DNA of 64,000 nt, from assembly GCA_047495785.1 (NCBI GenBank), contig JBLDXI010000019.1:248001-312000 (forward strand), read 5' to 3'. This document shows positions 1-13,469 of this stretch, piece after piece (the stretch's first letter is position 1; every line of letters begins with the position of its first letter). The notes under the pieces are model-generated. The model searched no databases. It was given only the letters and a program-made list of their open reading frames with translations, and was not told the origin of the DNA. The DNA comes from Lepidodermella squamata. Lineage: Eukaryota; Animalia; Gastrotricha. A program made the translations under genes and the position numbers.

Positions 1-1548
1 GCATAAATCCGGATCAAAGGCTGAGGTTGGGAATTTTAGGCCGATTTCGATCACTTCACCGCTAGCTCGTACGTTCGAGCGTTGCCTGGCAACACAGCTG
101 AAAGATCATTTGCGAGCGATCAAATTCTTAACACCGGCACAACACGGATTTCGTCAATACCATTCGACTGACACCTGCGTGGCATCGTTCACCGAACGCT
201 GGCGACATCTACTTGACAAAGGAAACGTGGTTGGAGCCGTGTCGATCGACTTATCCAAAGCCTTCGACACGCTCCACCACGATGGGATTATCGAATCTCT
301 CCGATCCGCTGGTGTAACGGAAAAGTCAATTCGCCTATTGATAAACTACTTGAGCAATCGCCGCCAAACCACGAAAATCAACGGCGAAGCATCCCCGTTC
401 GAGTCAATTGATTGCGGTGTGCCACAAGGATCGGTCCTTGGGCCACTCATGTTTACAATTTATGTAAACGACCTGCCTTTGATTTTAAGGAGATGCGGTA
501 TAGCACAATACGCCGACGACATTACAATTTTTTACGGATCGAAGAACATCAACGAACTCCACTCAGTTCTGCAACTGGAACTTGACAGGGTATGCGCATG
601 GCTAAAACAGAACAGCCTCGCAGTAAATGGGAAAAAATCGCAATTCATGCTTCTCAAACCACACCTCTCGACAGCGCCCGATTTCAAGGTCACAATCGGA
701 GGAGTTGCGATAAAGCCGTCAGAAATCATGGATACCCTTGGTTTCAAAATTGACAACAAGCTACAATTCGATGAGCACGTCGAGATGGCCAAAGGCAAAG
801 CCCGAAAAGGCCTGTTTGCTCTCAAACAAGCTGTCAACGCTGGAATCGATCGCAAAACTGCTGTTATGATGACAAATGGCCTCGTCGTCAGCCATCTGAA
901 TTATGGCGACCTCACCCTCGGACAGGCCTCAAAATCGACTCGCGACAAACTGCAATCGTCGCAGGATCGAGCTATCAAAATCATATACGGCGCTCATCCA
1001 TTGGCGGATCCGGCCCCGCTGCGGCATCGACTTGGGTGGCTAACAGTCGGCCAGAAGCATGCGATGCACCTATGTACATTCATGTGGAAGAGCCTGAACA
1101 ATATGGCGCCGGATGAATTCACGTCGATGTTTAAGCTGAACGATCGCAGCCACGGCTACAGCTGCCGTAATTTCGAACCCATGTTAAAACCGACCTACAC
1201 ATCCGAGCGAGGCCAACTAAGCATGTCGTACCGTGGCCCGCACTTGTGGAATCAAATGCCTTCGAGCGTTCACGAAGCGGAGTCAGCAAAGGCGTGTCGC
1301 CAAGCAGCTTATCTACACTACTACAACATTAATGCCGCTCTGCTCTGATTGTTGAATATTCATATATTTTCATATTTTTCATGTTATGTTGATCATTGCA
1401 TTGATTTCGATAGTGATCCCGATCAGTCTACTATTTATGCTATTTCGATTTTCAATTTTGTTGTTGTCTTTACTTTTCTATTGATCACTTGTCTGAGCTG
1501 TCCTCTTCTGGGCGTTATGGCTCTTTAAATAAATAAATAAATAAATAA
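1..1548 (+). mobile_element. LINE 3' end with 3' UTR and (TAAA)n tail
   Basis: RT ORF followed by about 180 nt of UTR and taaataaataaataaataaataa at ~1526-1548. Confidence 0.85.
2..1348 (+). CDS. Non-LTR retrotransposon ORF2 reverse transcriptase (CR1/L2/Crack-like), 5'-truncated by the window edge
   Basis: Frame open from base 2 (HKSGSK..NFRPISIT); RT motifs QHGFR, IDLSKAFD, GVPQGSVLGP, YADD, LGFKID. Confidence 0.95.
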   Translation, partial: HKSGSKAEVGNFRPISITSPLARTFERCLATQLKDHLRAIKFLTPAQHGFRQYHSTDTCVASFTERWRHLLDKGNVVGAVSIDLSKAFDTLHHDGIIESLRSAGVTEKSIRLLINYLSNRRQTTKINGEASPFESIDCGVPQGSVLGPLMFTIYVNDLPLILRRCGIAQYADDITIFYGSKNINELHSVLQLELDRVCAWLKQNSLAVNGKKSQFMLLKPHLSTAPDFKVTIGGVAIKPSEIMDTLGFKIDNKLQFDEHVEMAKGKARKGLFALKQAVNAGIDRKTAVMMTNGLVVSHLNYGDLTLGQASKSTRDKLQSSQDRAIKIIYGAHPLADPAPLRHRLGWLTVGQKHAMHLCTFMWKSLNNMAPDEFTSMFKLNDRSHGYSCRNFEPMLKPTYTSERGQLSMSYRGPHLWNQMPSSVHEAESAKACRQAAYLHYYNINAALL

Positions 1549-1678
1549 CAAATCGTTGATACCGTTGTTTCCAGTGAGCGAGCGAGCCGTTGGGGTAGAG
1601 AACAAATTTGTATCGACCGAAACCTCCTCTCCTGTAAAAATATATAAATTATAAAAACAGGGTGTAAAATATTGTTAA

Positions 1679-3022
1679 CTAACCAGGCGTTAGATGGAAA
1701 TTGGGCGGATGTAACTGAGCATGTAACTGAGCCAGCCGCTGCTGCTCAGCGGTAATCGCATTTTCGATGGCATGTAGAAGGCCCATCGCCTCGGCAACTT
1801 GCGCCTCTGCAGCAGCGACCCGTGCTTCGGCAGCCGCAGCTCGCGCATTGGCAACCTCCGCACGGGCCTCTGCCGCGCGAGCGTAATGTACAGCTTCATG
1901 CGTAGCCGCCTCTTGGCGGGCACGCTGTTCTTCCGCCATGTGAAAGAGCCGCATGGCATTAGCGGCGCGGAGTTCAGCGGCATTCGCATCGGCATCGCAG
2001 ACCCGAGCATGCTTCACGGGGACACGAGGAGTTGGCCCAATCTCAGAAGATCCTAGGTAAAACAATGTTAGCCAAATGAAATGTGTGATAATCAAATCAA
2101 AACCTGGCACTTGAGGATGATCAGGCTCCTTAAATTCGCAAGATTCTGCAAAAACGAATAATCATGATAATTACGATTTCGGGTTTCAGCTTTTACCAAT
2201 GTTTCCATCCGGTGAGGCAGCAGCAACGGATGGCCCAGCATCTCTCAGGTGAGCGAACGCACGCCGAAACGGCGTTGCTACCCTATCCAGCAAAGGCGAA
2301 ACCGCGCCGCGAATCGTTTCTAGAGTTGAAAAAAATATTACAAGAATCTAGCAACCAAAAACAAACAAACCAATGTCAACGCTAACAAAGGCGCGCTCTC
2401 GGAGGCAGCCTGAAGTAGAAAGCATGAATGAAAAAATAAGCAAATTAATTACAGCTTACCGACGATTCGAGCACGTAGAGCTCTGGTTTTTGTGAATATG
2501 TAAAGACAACAACAACAAATCACAATAGCTCCGGTTACGCTGGTGACGGCGATTATCGCTATGTAGAAATACTGATGCTCCTGAAAATACAAATAAACTC
2601 CAAATAAATGCAATACAAATAATGTAAAATCATATGTCCTACGAGGACTTTTTGCAAATGGGTGTAAAAATCGGTCACGCAGAAATTAAATTCGCTAAAC
2701 AAGAAATTCATGGCTTTACAGTATTATGTAACAGATGAATGGAAAAGGCTCAATTGAAGGAAACAGTATCAAAAGTTGTTTAATGCATGATCAAGAGCAT
2801 TCGAAATGGTAACAAAAATAAAAAAATGTAAATGAAACCTACAAGCGTTGTGCTGTTGGAGTTGTGCTGTTCCCTGCTGATGACCACACCGCTGATGGTG
2901 GCCAAATCGTCTGATTGCCGCTGATGGCCGCTGATGGCCACACCGTCGTTGACCACGCCATCGTTGGCGAGAGCACGCGATCCAACGGCCGGCGGCAAAA
3001 CACCACGGAAAAATTCAGCCAT
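1679..3022 (-). CDS. Multi-exon gene, probable single-pass membrane protein with Cys-rich juxtamembrane segment and Ala-rich coiled-coil C-terminus
   Basis: GC-rich exon-like blocks flanked by GT/AG (~2842-3022, 2460-2580, 2386-2410, 2196-2348, 2104-2145, 1679-2052); TM-like YFYIAIIAVTSVTGAIVICCCCLYIF; heptad AEARAEVANARAAAAEARV; exact junctions uncertain. Confidence 0.55.
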
Positions 3023-3025
3023 TAC

Positions 3026-3070
3026 AACAAAAGTACAAAAGTACAAAAGTACAAAAGTACAAAATACAAA
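3026..3070 (+). repeat. (ACAAAAGT)n 8-bp tandem repeat
   Basis: About 5 copies visible. Confidence 0.9.
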
Positions 3071-3563
3071 TGAAAAACCTATGCAATAAAAGCCATATTG
3101 TTGGAAAAAATAACTTATTTTAACCAATAGAAAATTTCAAATTATTCAGATTTCAGACTACAAAGACTTTTCCACGCAAGTATGCTTCGCAAGATCAAGT
3201 TGATGAAAGTGAAAGAAGGCAAGCTTGCTAGCACGTTTTTTTTGCTCGGCGATCGGCGTGCTCGGTCGTGCTGGCCGTCGGCGTGCTAGGCTGTGCTTTT
3301 TTCATTATTCAATTAATTTTAGCATTATAATATAACGTAATTAAAAAATTCTTGTTTATTTTATTTCATTTGAAAACCAAGAACGTCTTTTGGCGGGTTA
3401 TTTTCAAGTTTAGGAGTTTCGCTAACTCCTGAAAGTACTGCTGAAAGCAGAATACGTGGACGATTTCGTCTACACAAAGAAGATGTAACTCGCCACCTTA
3501 CCTCGACGCGCCCATCTGCGTCCGTTGGATGGAAGACCGCCTTAGTGCGAATCCAACGCTAAT

Positions 3564-3589
3564 ATACATACATACATACATACATACAT
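3564..3589 (+). repeat. (CATA)n microsatellite, possibly the tail of a short retroelement remnant
   Basis: atacatacatacatacatacatacat. Confidence 0.8.
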
Positions 3590-4506
3590 TTCAACAAAAA
3601 AGACTCAGTTGACGTCGTCGAACGAAACAAAATAATAAAGAAGTCTCTCTCATTGCATTCATGCGTGGGAAATTTCATTTTCATTTTCGCCGAAGATTTG
3701 CCTCGAAATCGTTTTAAAGCTTTTATTTTGATTTAATTTGCAAGATCTGTTGTGAGACTTCGGCTTGTTCTTCACTTGTAGCACTCCAGTAACTGTGGTA
3801 GGCGCAAGTTATCACTAAATTTTCCATTTACATCGCTGAACTTACTCGTAGAGGTTTGTCTTTAACCTCTAGATCCTGTAAAATGACCAAAAAATGACTA
3901 ACCCATCAATGCATCCAAGTTCATCCGTATGTTTAGGACTGATAACAAGTTGATGCATCTGTTTTCTACTCGTAACAAGTTGACCTATTTGTTTTCTACT
4001 CGTAACAAATACTTATACTTTAAACCATTAGTGTCCACTCGCGCGCAATGTTGAATCCTTTGAAAAGTTGTCATCACGAAGGCCCGGGAGGCTCTCTTAC
4101 TGTCGAGACCAAGTCATCTTAAACGGGGCTTCTTGGAGCATCCTGTCAAGTGTTAAACTGCGACTCCAATATTTGTTTTCTACTCGTAACAAACTGGCCC
4201 GATTGTTTTCTACTTGTGACAAGTGGAGTTTTCAGCAAATTTCGCACAAACTTGACATCAATCAAACAACTTCCATCAAAGCCCCGCTAGTGGTTTAGGG
4301 CTGACTTCGTGATTTGGGTAACAGACAGTCAGTTGCCAGTTTTTACTGTTCAAATGAGCATCATTGCTTTGACCGTTCTCATAATTTACCTCATAATTTA
4401 CGTAGGATTTCAGCTGCTAACGTTTGCTGAGTTTCTCTGTTGCCTGTTTACTGCTGAATTTAGTATGATACAAATAATTTTCTATTGAATAGTAAAGTTT
4501 TAACGA

Positions 4507-5043
4507 TGATTAATCTTACTAATAGTTGGATTTTGGCGGTTTTTATGTTGGAGACGATATCGGGATCACCGCCTTGTCTTGAGCCCACTGGCAAGTTTTT
4601 TTGCCAGTTTTTGCTAGAAAAATCTTACAGCAATGATTTTACAGATGCCAATATCATATGGTGCGCCAAGTCTGGCAGTTGCAGAGTATGTCGCAGTCTC
4701 ATTGAATCGACAACAATAACAACAACAACTTCCACAACAGCAACAGACACAACAAAGACCCCGCCAACAAACGCACAGACCCTGTCAGTGTCCTATCTAA
4801 CGAACAGCGTGCTGAACATTTCGAAAGATTGCTCACAGATTTTACGGTTTGTTCTGAATGTACCTGAGTTTAATCACGAAGTTTAACCATTTTTCTCTGT
4901 CCCACCAGGATAATAATATTACCGACGCTTATTCGGTCATTCTTTGGGTTCTATTTGCTCTTGTCATCTTAGCGATTTGCATCTGGCTACTCCGATGCCG
5001 CTCAAGTAAGTTAAAGTTAACGATTTTGATTTTCAAATTGTGA
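4507..5043 (+). CDS. Probable small type I membrane protein (signal peptide, Cys-rich domain, Thr-rich stalk, TM); spliced, exon structure partly unresolved
   Basis: MINLTNSWILAVFMLETISG leader, CAKSGSCRVC, TTITTTTSTTAT, VILWVLFALVILAICIWLLRCR; likely GC-AG intron 4591-4644. Confidence 0.5.
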
Positions 5044-6058
5044 TTGTTTTTATTCCAACATCAAGGGTCTGGCTATATGGCAACTGACTAAAATGTTGAT
5101 GGCGGCTGGATTAATAGCCAGTGGTTGCAAACAGCTAGCTAAAAACCTATCGAAATGAGCGATGACATCAACAATCAATCAATCAATCTTCATTTTCGTA
5201 AAAAAAACCTATTTATCCACTATGTTTTTGTAATTTTGTAGTGTCTCTTTTTACGCGAAATTTCTAGTCCGAAAGGGTCTCTTTTGCATTTGCATATTAT
5301 TATTATTGTAATAAATAATTATTTGTAAGAAAAGAATCGTTTTAAACCCTGAGTTTTGTTTTATTATCGCTGAATGATAATTTTATTTTATGCAAAAATC
5401 TTGCTATTGACACCTTTCTGAAAACGATGCAATTTTGCGACTTTGATTCTCCCTCGGCTCATAGCTGCGCATTAAAATGATGTGTTGAGTTCATTCGGCG
5501 TTGCTGCAACAGCTAGGTTCGCTTCACAACAAACTCTCCGAGGGCTAGTACATGGCAATAACTTTTAGTTATGAATTGATTGATGGGAGAAGGCGAGGTG
5601 TATAAAAGTAATGTCGTTTTTATTGCACATCGGTTGCACTTGTCAAACGGTTGTTGAGATTACGAAACATTTATTTTTATCAGCAGAAGTTATTTATGGG
5701 CGGATTTCAGAAAAAACTAAGACATAAATATTTTTGAGATACCCTTTGAGATACCGAACCTTAACCCCAAGCCTAAAAGATATCAAAGCATTAATAAGAA
5801 AAAAGAACAACGGCGGGAAAAGATGCTACATGCGGCCATCATATATGCATATGCATTTGCACACACACTAATAATAATAACAGTACGCGGACGAAAAACC
5901 GCTCAAACAGCTTTAACGTGGCACTGGACGCTCGAAATGCCACAAATTTTACATATTCTTCATCCTCGCATCAAGACGGTCATTTTGATACCAGTTTCGA
6001 GGCTAAATTCGACAAATTAAGAAAATTTATTTTCCAATGTGCGTATAGCATGGTTAAG

Positions 6059-9000
6059 CTACATTACTGCAGAACACAAACGATAGAAAGGCTGCAAGTC
6101 GGTCAGTAGAGGTCGAAAGTCGACTGTGCTTCCGATTACGTAGGTCTGAGATTCAATGGCTGGTGTTTGGGTGCTAGAAACAGTGATGCTGCTATTGTTA
6201 CCATCATTCAGCTCGGACTTGCAGAAGAAATCTTTAGAAGAAATATGTATTAACGTTTGATACTTGAACTTTACTCACCGTAAATTCCCAAATACACTAC
6301 ATGGCACTACAAAGAACAGCAAAGTGCCGACAAAGAGGTGCCGCCTGGGCTTGTATTTGGGAATTTACGGTAATTCATCCTACTTACCGGGGCAGCCACG
6401 AAGCAAAATTCGCAATCCAATACCGCCAGACCAAGATACTGGATGAATCCGGACATATCTCGCTATAATGTACGGCCTGATAGCATTCCAAACCAAGCCG
6501 TCATTGTTTTCGTTACCAGGAAATACCTTCATAGATATCGAGTAAGATATCAAATAAGAATCGTCTCAAACCAATGACTAACCCTGACGATAGTTGGTCT
6601 AGGCAATTCGTAGACCCATACGAAGTAGTTGAAAGGTGTTCCATAGGACATCTTAAAATTGGTGACGTAGTAGCCAGTTGAGTAGTCGCCCTGGGTCGTA
6701 ATCGATGTTACAGTGGTTTCTTCTCCCAGATCAAGCATTAAAAATTGGTTGTAATCAGAGGATGCAGGCCTCCAACAACACGAAACCGAACCAGTCATGT
6801 TCGGATAGCCAACCCACCGGTTGTGAAGTCGGAATTGGTCGAATCTAACGCCAGCTGTTGACATGAATACAGAACTCAGCGAGGCTGAAGCTCGAGCAGT
6901 TAGATCACTCTCGCATACGTGGCCTTGAACTATTAAAACTTAAGGTGATTACGTATGAATACAACAATTCCTGCTTACGAGATACAGGTCCGGGGCACTG
7001 GGTAGCGACCTCCATAGCCATATATTGGTTCAAGTAGCCCTGGAACACGCTCAGGCACGCAAAGTCGCCCCTCGCCCAATAGCCCCAGTAAACTTGACGC
7101 GCAATGGCAAAGCGTTGCATCTGAACTGGCCTCACGTCGGGCAAATCGTAGCTGGCGACTCGACTGCCTTCGTAGAAACCTTCGAAACGCATAGCACCCG
7201 GCGTCATGTCAAACGACATCATGAAGTGCCGCCAAGTGTTGTAATACGTGTCGACCGTTACCGTCCTCGAGTAAGCCGCATTCGTACTGCCTGTTGGGCT
7301 TTCCATTATCGCTTGGTACAACACGGAGTACGGTGTAGTCGCCGTAATGAAAACCTTTTCATAGTCGTATGACGCCTGGTTCTGGGCGATGATAGGCAAA
7401 TTCACACCGCTACCCGTCTCTTTGCTATAAAAAAATATGCCAAAGGTGTAGGGCGTCACTGTGTTCGCGCCCTTGCCAAATAACAAGTCGGTTCGCCCGG
7501 CAACGGAGTAATAGTAGTTGGCTGATGATGCGCATTGCTGGCCCCAGACGTCATTCGTGTTTGCCCGCCAGGGGAAGCCAGAACCTGGAAAATATTGCTT
7601 CTTCAAACTATTTATAAAATTATAAGCTCATCCTAGAGCATATAAACAAGATGCGTAAGGTGTAAAATGCGAGTAATCCTAGGTGGCAGCGATAGAAGCG
7701 TTCAAATAACCTCACCTTGACTCCAACTTGATGCTCCGATAACATTCCCAGCTGTAGCATTTGTAGTGGATGAGCTGCCGTACGAACCGTCGAAAGGCGT
7801 GCTCGCAACAGCGGTCATGTCCGCCGTCGAAGTCAGTGGGCACCGCTTCAATGAGCCGACCTGCTTCCGATTCAGCGCGGCCTTGTAGATGTGAAGGCAC
7901 GCCAAGTTGATCGACATTGAACCTCCCAAGCGAAAAGAAAGCATATTCGTTGCAAGGCCGTTCGAACATGAAATTGAGATAATTGTACTCTCAGAACCAT
8001 CTAGCAATGCTACCAAAGTCCTAGCTACATGGTCATAGATCAGCCCGACAAAGGCCCAGTGATTAGCTATGAGTTGTTTTGATGTCGTGAAATTCACGGT
8101 CCCTGCTCCCCCACGGCATGTTGCGCCAAAAACTAGTCTACCGCCCGAAATGGACAAGTGGACTATAGGGGTTGACAGTAAGTACCAGCCGAAAATCACG
8201 CCGTCCGCAGCACTTAGCTGCATTGCGTGAATAAGAACGGTGAAAGAGAACTGAAGATCGAAAGAAGTGCCTATAGGCACCTGCAAGAAGTCATTCGTCG
8301 TTGCAAGGCTCCAAGCACTAAAAGGCAATATCATTGGTCCGAGATTAGATGAAAAATTAGGGGCTTACGTTGACGTGTAGCCATACATTTTCGAGCACTG
8401 AGGGCTTCCATTAAAGACGAAGTTCGGCCCTTGACTAGTGACATCGTTCAACGAGCAAGCCAGGGGGTACAACGCAACAGGTGGTGGGGCTAAGATGAGA
8501 CTCTCGGTTACATTAAAGATTGAACTAAAGAACTTACTTAGCCAGGGACATCGCGATGCTTGTTCGATCTCGGACTGGTCGAGGCCTCGTTTGTAGAACT
8601 GCATGCAGGCGATGCGCCCGCTCCATTGACCGCGAATTTCGAAATACTCAGTCATCATGAATATGTCAGGCGCAACACAGCCTTGATAGTTGACTGTTCG
8701 ATCGTAGGTGTCGTAGTAAACGCGACTCACGCCGCTTCGGCAGTCGACTGTAACGGCGAAAAAGAACCATTGATCAGAGGGCGGATAGGCGTCTACTGAC
8801 GGCCATGCCCAGCTAGTGGTTGGATGGGTGGTGAAGTCTAGCTTGATTTGGCGCGTTGATGTGAAGCGGACGTTGAACCGTGCGATTCTATACAATTGCT
8901 TCTTATAACTTCATTTTCAAAAAACGACAATTCAAGCGACAAACCCATTTTTGGCCTTGCACTTTATCAAATAGATATCACCTGTATTGCCAGTGCTCGG

Positions 9001-11319
9001 GTAGTACAGCCATGCCGCTAAGGTCCAGCCATTGTTAAGATCAATCGTGTTGATGTTATTCGTTCGAACAAGGATTGCTTGATCTGTACCAGGCCACTGC
9101 AAAGCACCTAGAGGACGACCATCAAATCCAGCTACGTAGGTCAAACTCGGTGGGATGATAGCGTGGTTGCCGTTACTCGACAAATCATCGCCTCCTCGCA
9201 GGTAGTCGAAAAGCCACAGACCATCAGGGTTAAGAGTGACCACGCCAGGGAAATTGGGCGTCACAATTTCAACAGAGGATATTTTTATTGCTGAACCAAG
9301 GTCAAGCGTAGCGAAAGGACGGCTGGAACCAGCTGGATTGCCAGTGATTCTCGTGCAATTCTGCTGATGCTGCAGTCGAATAACTCGAGGTTGCGTTATC
9401 GAAGCAGGGCTTGATAGGCTGGAGTCAAAGCCTGTAGCATTGACAGCGCTATTTGCCGCTAGATTACGCAAATAAGTTGGCGTCGCTGAAAAATTGATGA
9501 CTTAATGATAACCTATGATATCAAAATCGTGCTGTCATACTTCTACAGCCTAACAGCTCGAATCGATAGCAAATAGTGTTGGAGAATCCGATGGGGATGA
9601 GGTTGAAAAACTGACCGATAACAGCGCTCGGAAATGCTATCACAACAACTGTCGAGCCATCCGTATTTGCGGTGAAACCTTTCGAACCGAAATTATCCAT
9701 CAAATCGAGCCAGTTGTCATCAGCACGAGCTTTGTATTTGAATGAGAAAGCTGTAACCCACGAATTGATTTTCAGACAGCCTTGAACCTGAACGGCTCTT
9801 AGGAAGGTCTGTTTTTTCAAGTCAACCGTAATTCTGTATCGGTTGCTGAACGCTGCCATGCCCCAATTGAGTCTAGCGTAGTAACTTTGCGCTATTGGAG
9901 CTGGTGTTGTCAATTGGATATCTGTTACTTCTCCGTTTTCGACACCGAGTGGTTCAAAGCAGTTGGCAATAGGGCAGCCGAGAAAACTGAATCGACCACC
10001 TCTGTAGTAAGTCGTTGTTGAGTTCTCTATGGTCGTGGTCAGTTTGATATATCGCAGCAAGGTAGGTCGGAAAAACTGGAACGAGACATTGCCGCTTGAG
10101 AGGCCACTTAGACAATCCAGAAACTATATTTAAAAAATAGAATGTCGAGCCTATAACCGATGCATCTCACTTTTGCGCCAATGTGCGACTTTCAGGGTGA
10201 ATGGGGGATCACCCCCACCCCCCCCCCCCCCCCCACCTCTCCTCTCCCCCCAGCTCGGCCTTGCCAGACAACAAAACGAGAATTTATCCCAGAGTTTCGT
10301 TAACTTTGAGAGGTTTTGAAACGTGTTTTAGTGAAAAATCTCAAAATCTTGACCCATAGCAATGGTCTGATTGGAGACAGAAGTATAAGGAATCGGCAGA
10401 GAACTTTTCAGCCCTCCCGTGAGCCATCACGAGATGATGGCCCGAACGCCACTCTTAGTCAGTAGAAGTTCTTCGCCGATTCGTTTACATCAAATCTTGA
10501 AAGAGGAATCAGGAAATACAAACCTGCTGTCTACCTCTACCAGACATAGCTGAAGTGAAGGAGACACCATCCATCGAATAATCGATTCCGAGCTGTCGAG
10601 CACATTGAAAATCACGGCACTGGTATCGTAGTTCTGTTAGCCACACGAATCGCTGTAAATCTACCTTAAACCATGAACCAAGTGGCGCGTTCATAGCCCA
10701 AACCGCCCAGTTCAAGTGGCCAGAGGTTATGCGCGCGAAGTAGAATGGCTCCCTGTAAAGCGTGTAACCAGTTGCTGTCCAAGTCGTTGATGAGCTTGAT
10801 GAATAGCCGAGATCGCCAACATAGCTCGTGTCGTAGTCCAAAACCTCGACAGGACAAGTTGGGTCCGGGTCACTTGCGAACTCTTTCCAACAAGTCGGCC
10901 GCATGACTTCACGCTTGATTGCGTCGAAGTACCAACTTGCAGTGCAATGATTACTCAAGCACTGCCCGGATTTCGCCAGTTGACTCCGCCCAGCTAGAGA
11001 CATGGATGTGAAATCCATATCTGGCGCCAGCGTAGCTATAAGCTATAATTGACCCAACCGGTGAGACGCTGAGTAGGGAACACGTTTTTGTGCTCTTCTG
11101 AAACTGCAGCGATAGGCACTGCTCTGATTTCGAGCAAAAAGATGCGCAGATCGACTCTTCTCTCACGGGTTCCGCCAACGCTATTGCGTAACTGTTGAGA
11201 TTCACCAACCTACTTTGCGTTGTCGGAACAATGGCTGCATTTTCGTGGCGCAGAAAATACGACCCGCACTGTACTAGAGAAGGCAACAGATGAAGGAAAA
11301 CCAGCAGATTTATCTTCAT
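6059..11319 (-). CDS. Large secreted multidomain protein: signal peptide, PAN/apple, several F5/8 type C (discoidin) and LamG/concanavalin-like domains; about 11 exons
   Basis: CASFCSKSEQCLSLQF..C (PAN); CFEPLGVENGEV, QFLMLDLGEETTVTSITTQG, ARYVRIHPVSWSGGIGLR (F5/8); WFFFAVTVD, WAFVGLIYD, WRHFMMSFD (LamG); last exon uncertain. Confidence 0.8.
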
Positions 11320-12408
11320 GTATTTTCGTTTTTCCTCTTTTTTTAAAAAAAATGGCTTGAAAATGGTGCAGCGAAATACCGACGGTTTCGGTCCGTTATC
11401 GGAAACCTCGCTGTTTCAAATGTGGCTGACTGACACGCTTCACTGAATTTCTCTCTGTCTACAAATGAGTTGGGTGCGATTTTTCACCGCGTTGCCTTGT
11501 TTCAAAATTCACCCGGAATAAGGTAGAATAGCTGTGACGTCGAAGACCCAACCAACTTAGTCCGTTGTGCCAAAGTTACGCGCAGTAAACAGTGAGAAAA
11601 AGTAGGTGTAACTGAAGTCGCGACGTGCGCAATTCGATGGATCAATATTAGCATTTATATATTTAGCAACATGATTGAATGACTAGTCGCGTGGTATAGT
11701 CTGAAGTCCTATTTAAAATCCACGGAAAGGCTGCACGAAGCGCCGAGGCCCGTGTTTTTTCTTAACAGATGTAATTACTTTTTACGACGGTGATGTTTTT
11801 TTGAGTATTATTTTTCATCGAAACTGTAACACTCTCAAAATAAGAAAATGAGATTATTTATGCACGATTAGAGGAAGAGATTAAATATGCCATGTCTGAT
11901 TCTCTGATTATCTATGCTTATTTCGATAGAATCAATCCACTCGGGACGAAGTGGGGTAGCTTGGCCGCGTGAATAATTCACTCAAAGAAGAGAATTTTAC
12001 GAGGAACACCATGGTTATTTTTTCGTGATTTTATGATTTTTAAATTGGTCAAAATGCATACCTATTATAGTTTTTGAGCTAGCAAATAAAATGGTAAATC
12101 GGCAGGAATAAGGAATAGGTACCTATATTCGTAATTCGTGTAATCGCTGAACTTCTTATAGACCGTTCGGTAATCATTTTTTCCACCTTGAACCAAAATA
12201 GTAAAATTGACTGAATATTGATGATTTTTAAACCTCGGAAAACATGGTTTGTCCCCAAGATTACCCCATGATACCGTGAATATAATGAGACAGTTTTTAT
12301 TGACATCGAATATATTTATAGAGTGTGCACAATTGACCTTATTATAATAACGTAAAAATAAGCTTAAAAAATAGCCATATAGAAAATAAGCGATCTTTTT
12401 TCTAGCAA

Positions 12409-13469
12409 TCAGTCATCAAAGTTAAGACGACGCTTATCCAAGTCGTAAGGAATTACACTCGAGCGACGAAACGGCTGTCGAGGGCCGACTTTCGATTCTC
12501 GCTGTAACGGCGTTGTTGAAATTGCTGGAACCGCCGGGCTCACTTCTTCAATATCACTGTTGTCGGAGGATGCTGACGACGACGACGATGGGGATGATTG
12601 CGTGGCTCGGTCCGATATGATGGCGTCGCGCCACGATCGCTCTTGAGCCTGATAATAGGCGTCACGCATGGTTACGTAACGACCTCGTCGCGATGAGTCA
12701 CCCTTGGGCGATACAATCAAATCAAGACGGCCAGTTGCTTCACAGTGTTCGACGAAGGCCTTGTAGCCACCCTGAAGCAGGTAGACCTCCGGGTAGTCAA
12801 GCCTCGGATAGCTCGTCCGGTTCCGGTCACGGTCGGTTTGACGGAAGCGGCCCAATAGCGCCGGCCCGCGTTGGCTGCTGAATTCGCAGTGGAAAATCAT
12901 GACGTCACGGTTGGCTTGAATCGCGGCGGGGAACATTTTTTCGAAATCAGTGAACAGCGGTCGGTTGACGGCATGCAAAATGTGGCCACCGTCGAATTCG
13001 TACGGGAAGCGGCAATCGGCCACGGTCAGGTGATCGATTTGATGACTGTACTTGCCGTCGAGAAGGTCAACCAGAACCTCAGGATGAATAATAGCATGGC
13101 CAATCTCGATCGAGCATGGTAGAAGATACTGATCAGATATTAAAAGTTGGAAGTTTTTCGAAGCCGAGACAAATTTTCCAATTTTTCCATGTTGAAATTG
13201 GAAAAAAATAAAATTTACATTACGCACTAGAGAGCTGTCACTGGCGGCATCACTGGGTGCGACATTTTCCAAGCAAATAATTGTCGGCTTCACTCTTCAT
13301 TGATAGAACAAAACTGACAAGGCTGAAATTTTCTAAAAAAATAATCAACTTGCTTCAGCTGGGCCATCGAATCAGCCAGTGGAATGATGCTGTAGGCATT
13401 GGTGTTCTCAGCCCTATTACTAAGCGGCGAGCCTGGTTCATAGCCAAGGGGTAAAACGGGAGATATCAT
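12409..13469 (-). CDS. cdc25: Cdc25-type (rhodanese-fold) phosphatase, copy 1, ~303 aa; exons 13354-13469, 13219-13294, 12409-13128
   Basis: DCRFPYEFDGGHI, catalytic HCEFSSQRGP, YPEVYLLQGGY; exon phases consistent using a GC-AG first intron. Confidence 0.9.

Noticed and set aside
532-855. Antisense and alternate-frame ORFs over real genes (also 7025-7372, 35446-35778, 59205-59534 and similar)
   Set aside because: Shadow ORFs with no motifs
3960-4225. Short spaced direct repeats resembling a CRISPR array
   Set aside because: Only four copies, spacers too short and irregular, eukaryotic context, no cas genes
10211-10251. Poly-C tract as functional G-quadruplex
   Set aside because: Intronic low-complexity run, probably part of a repeat; no further support
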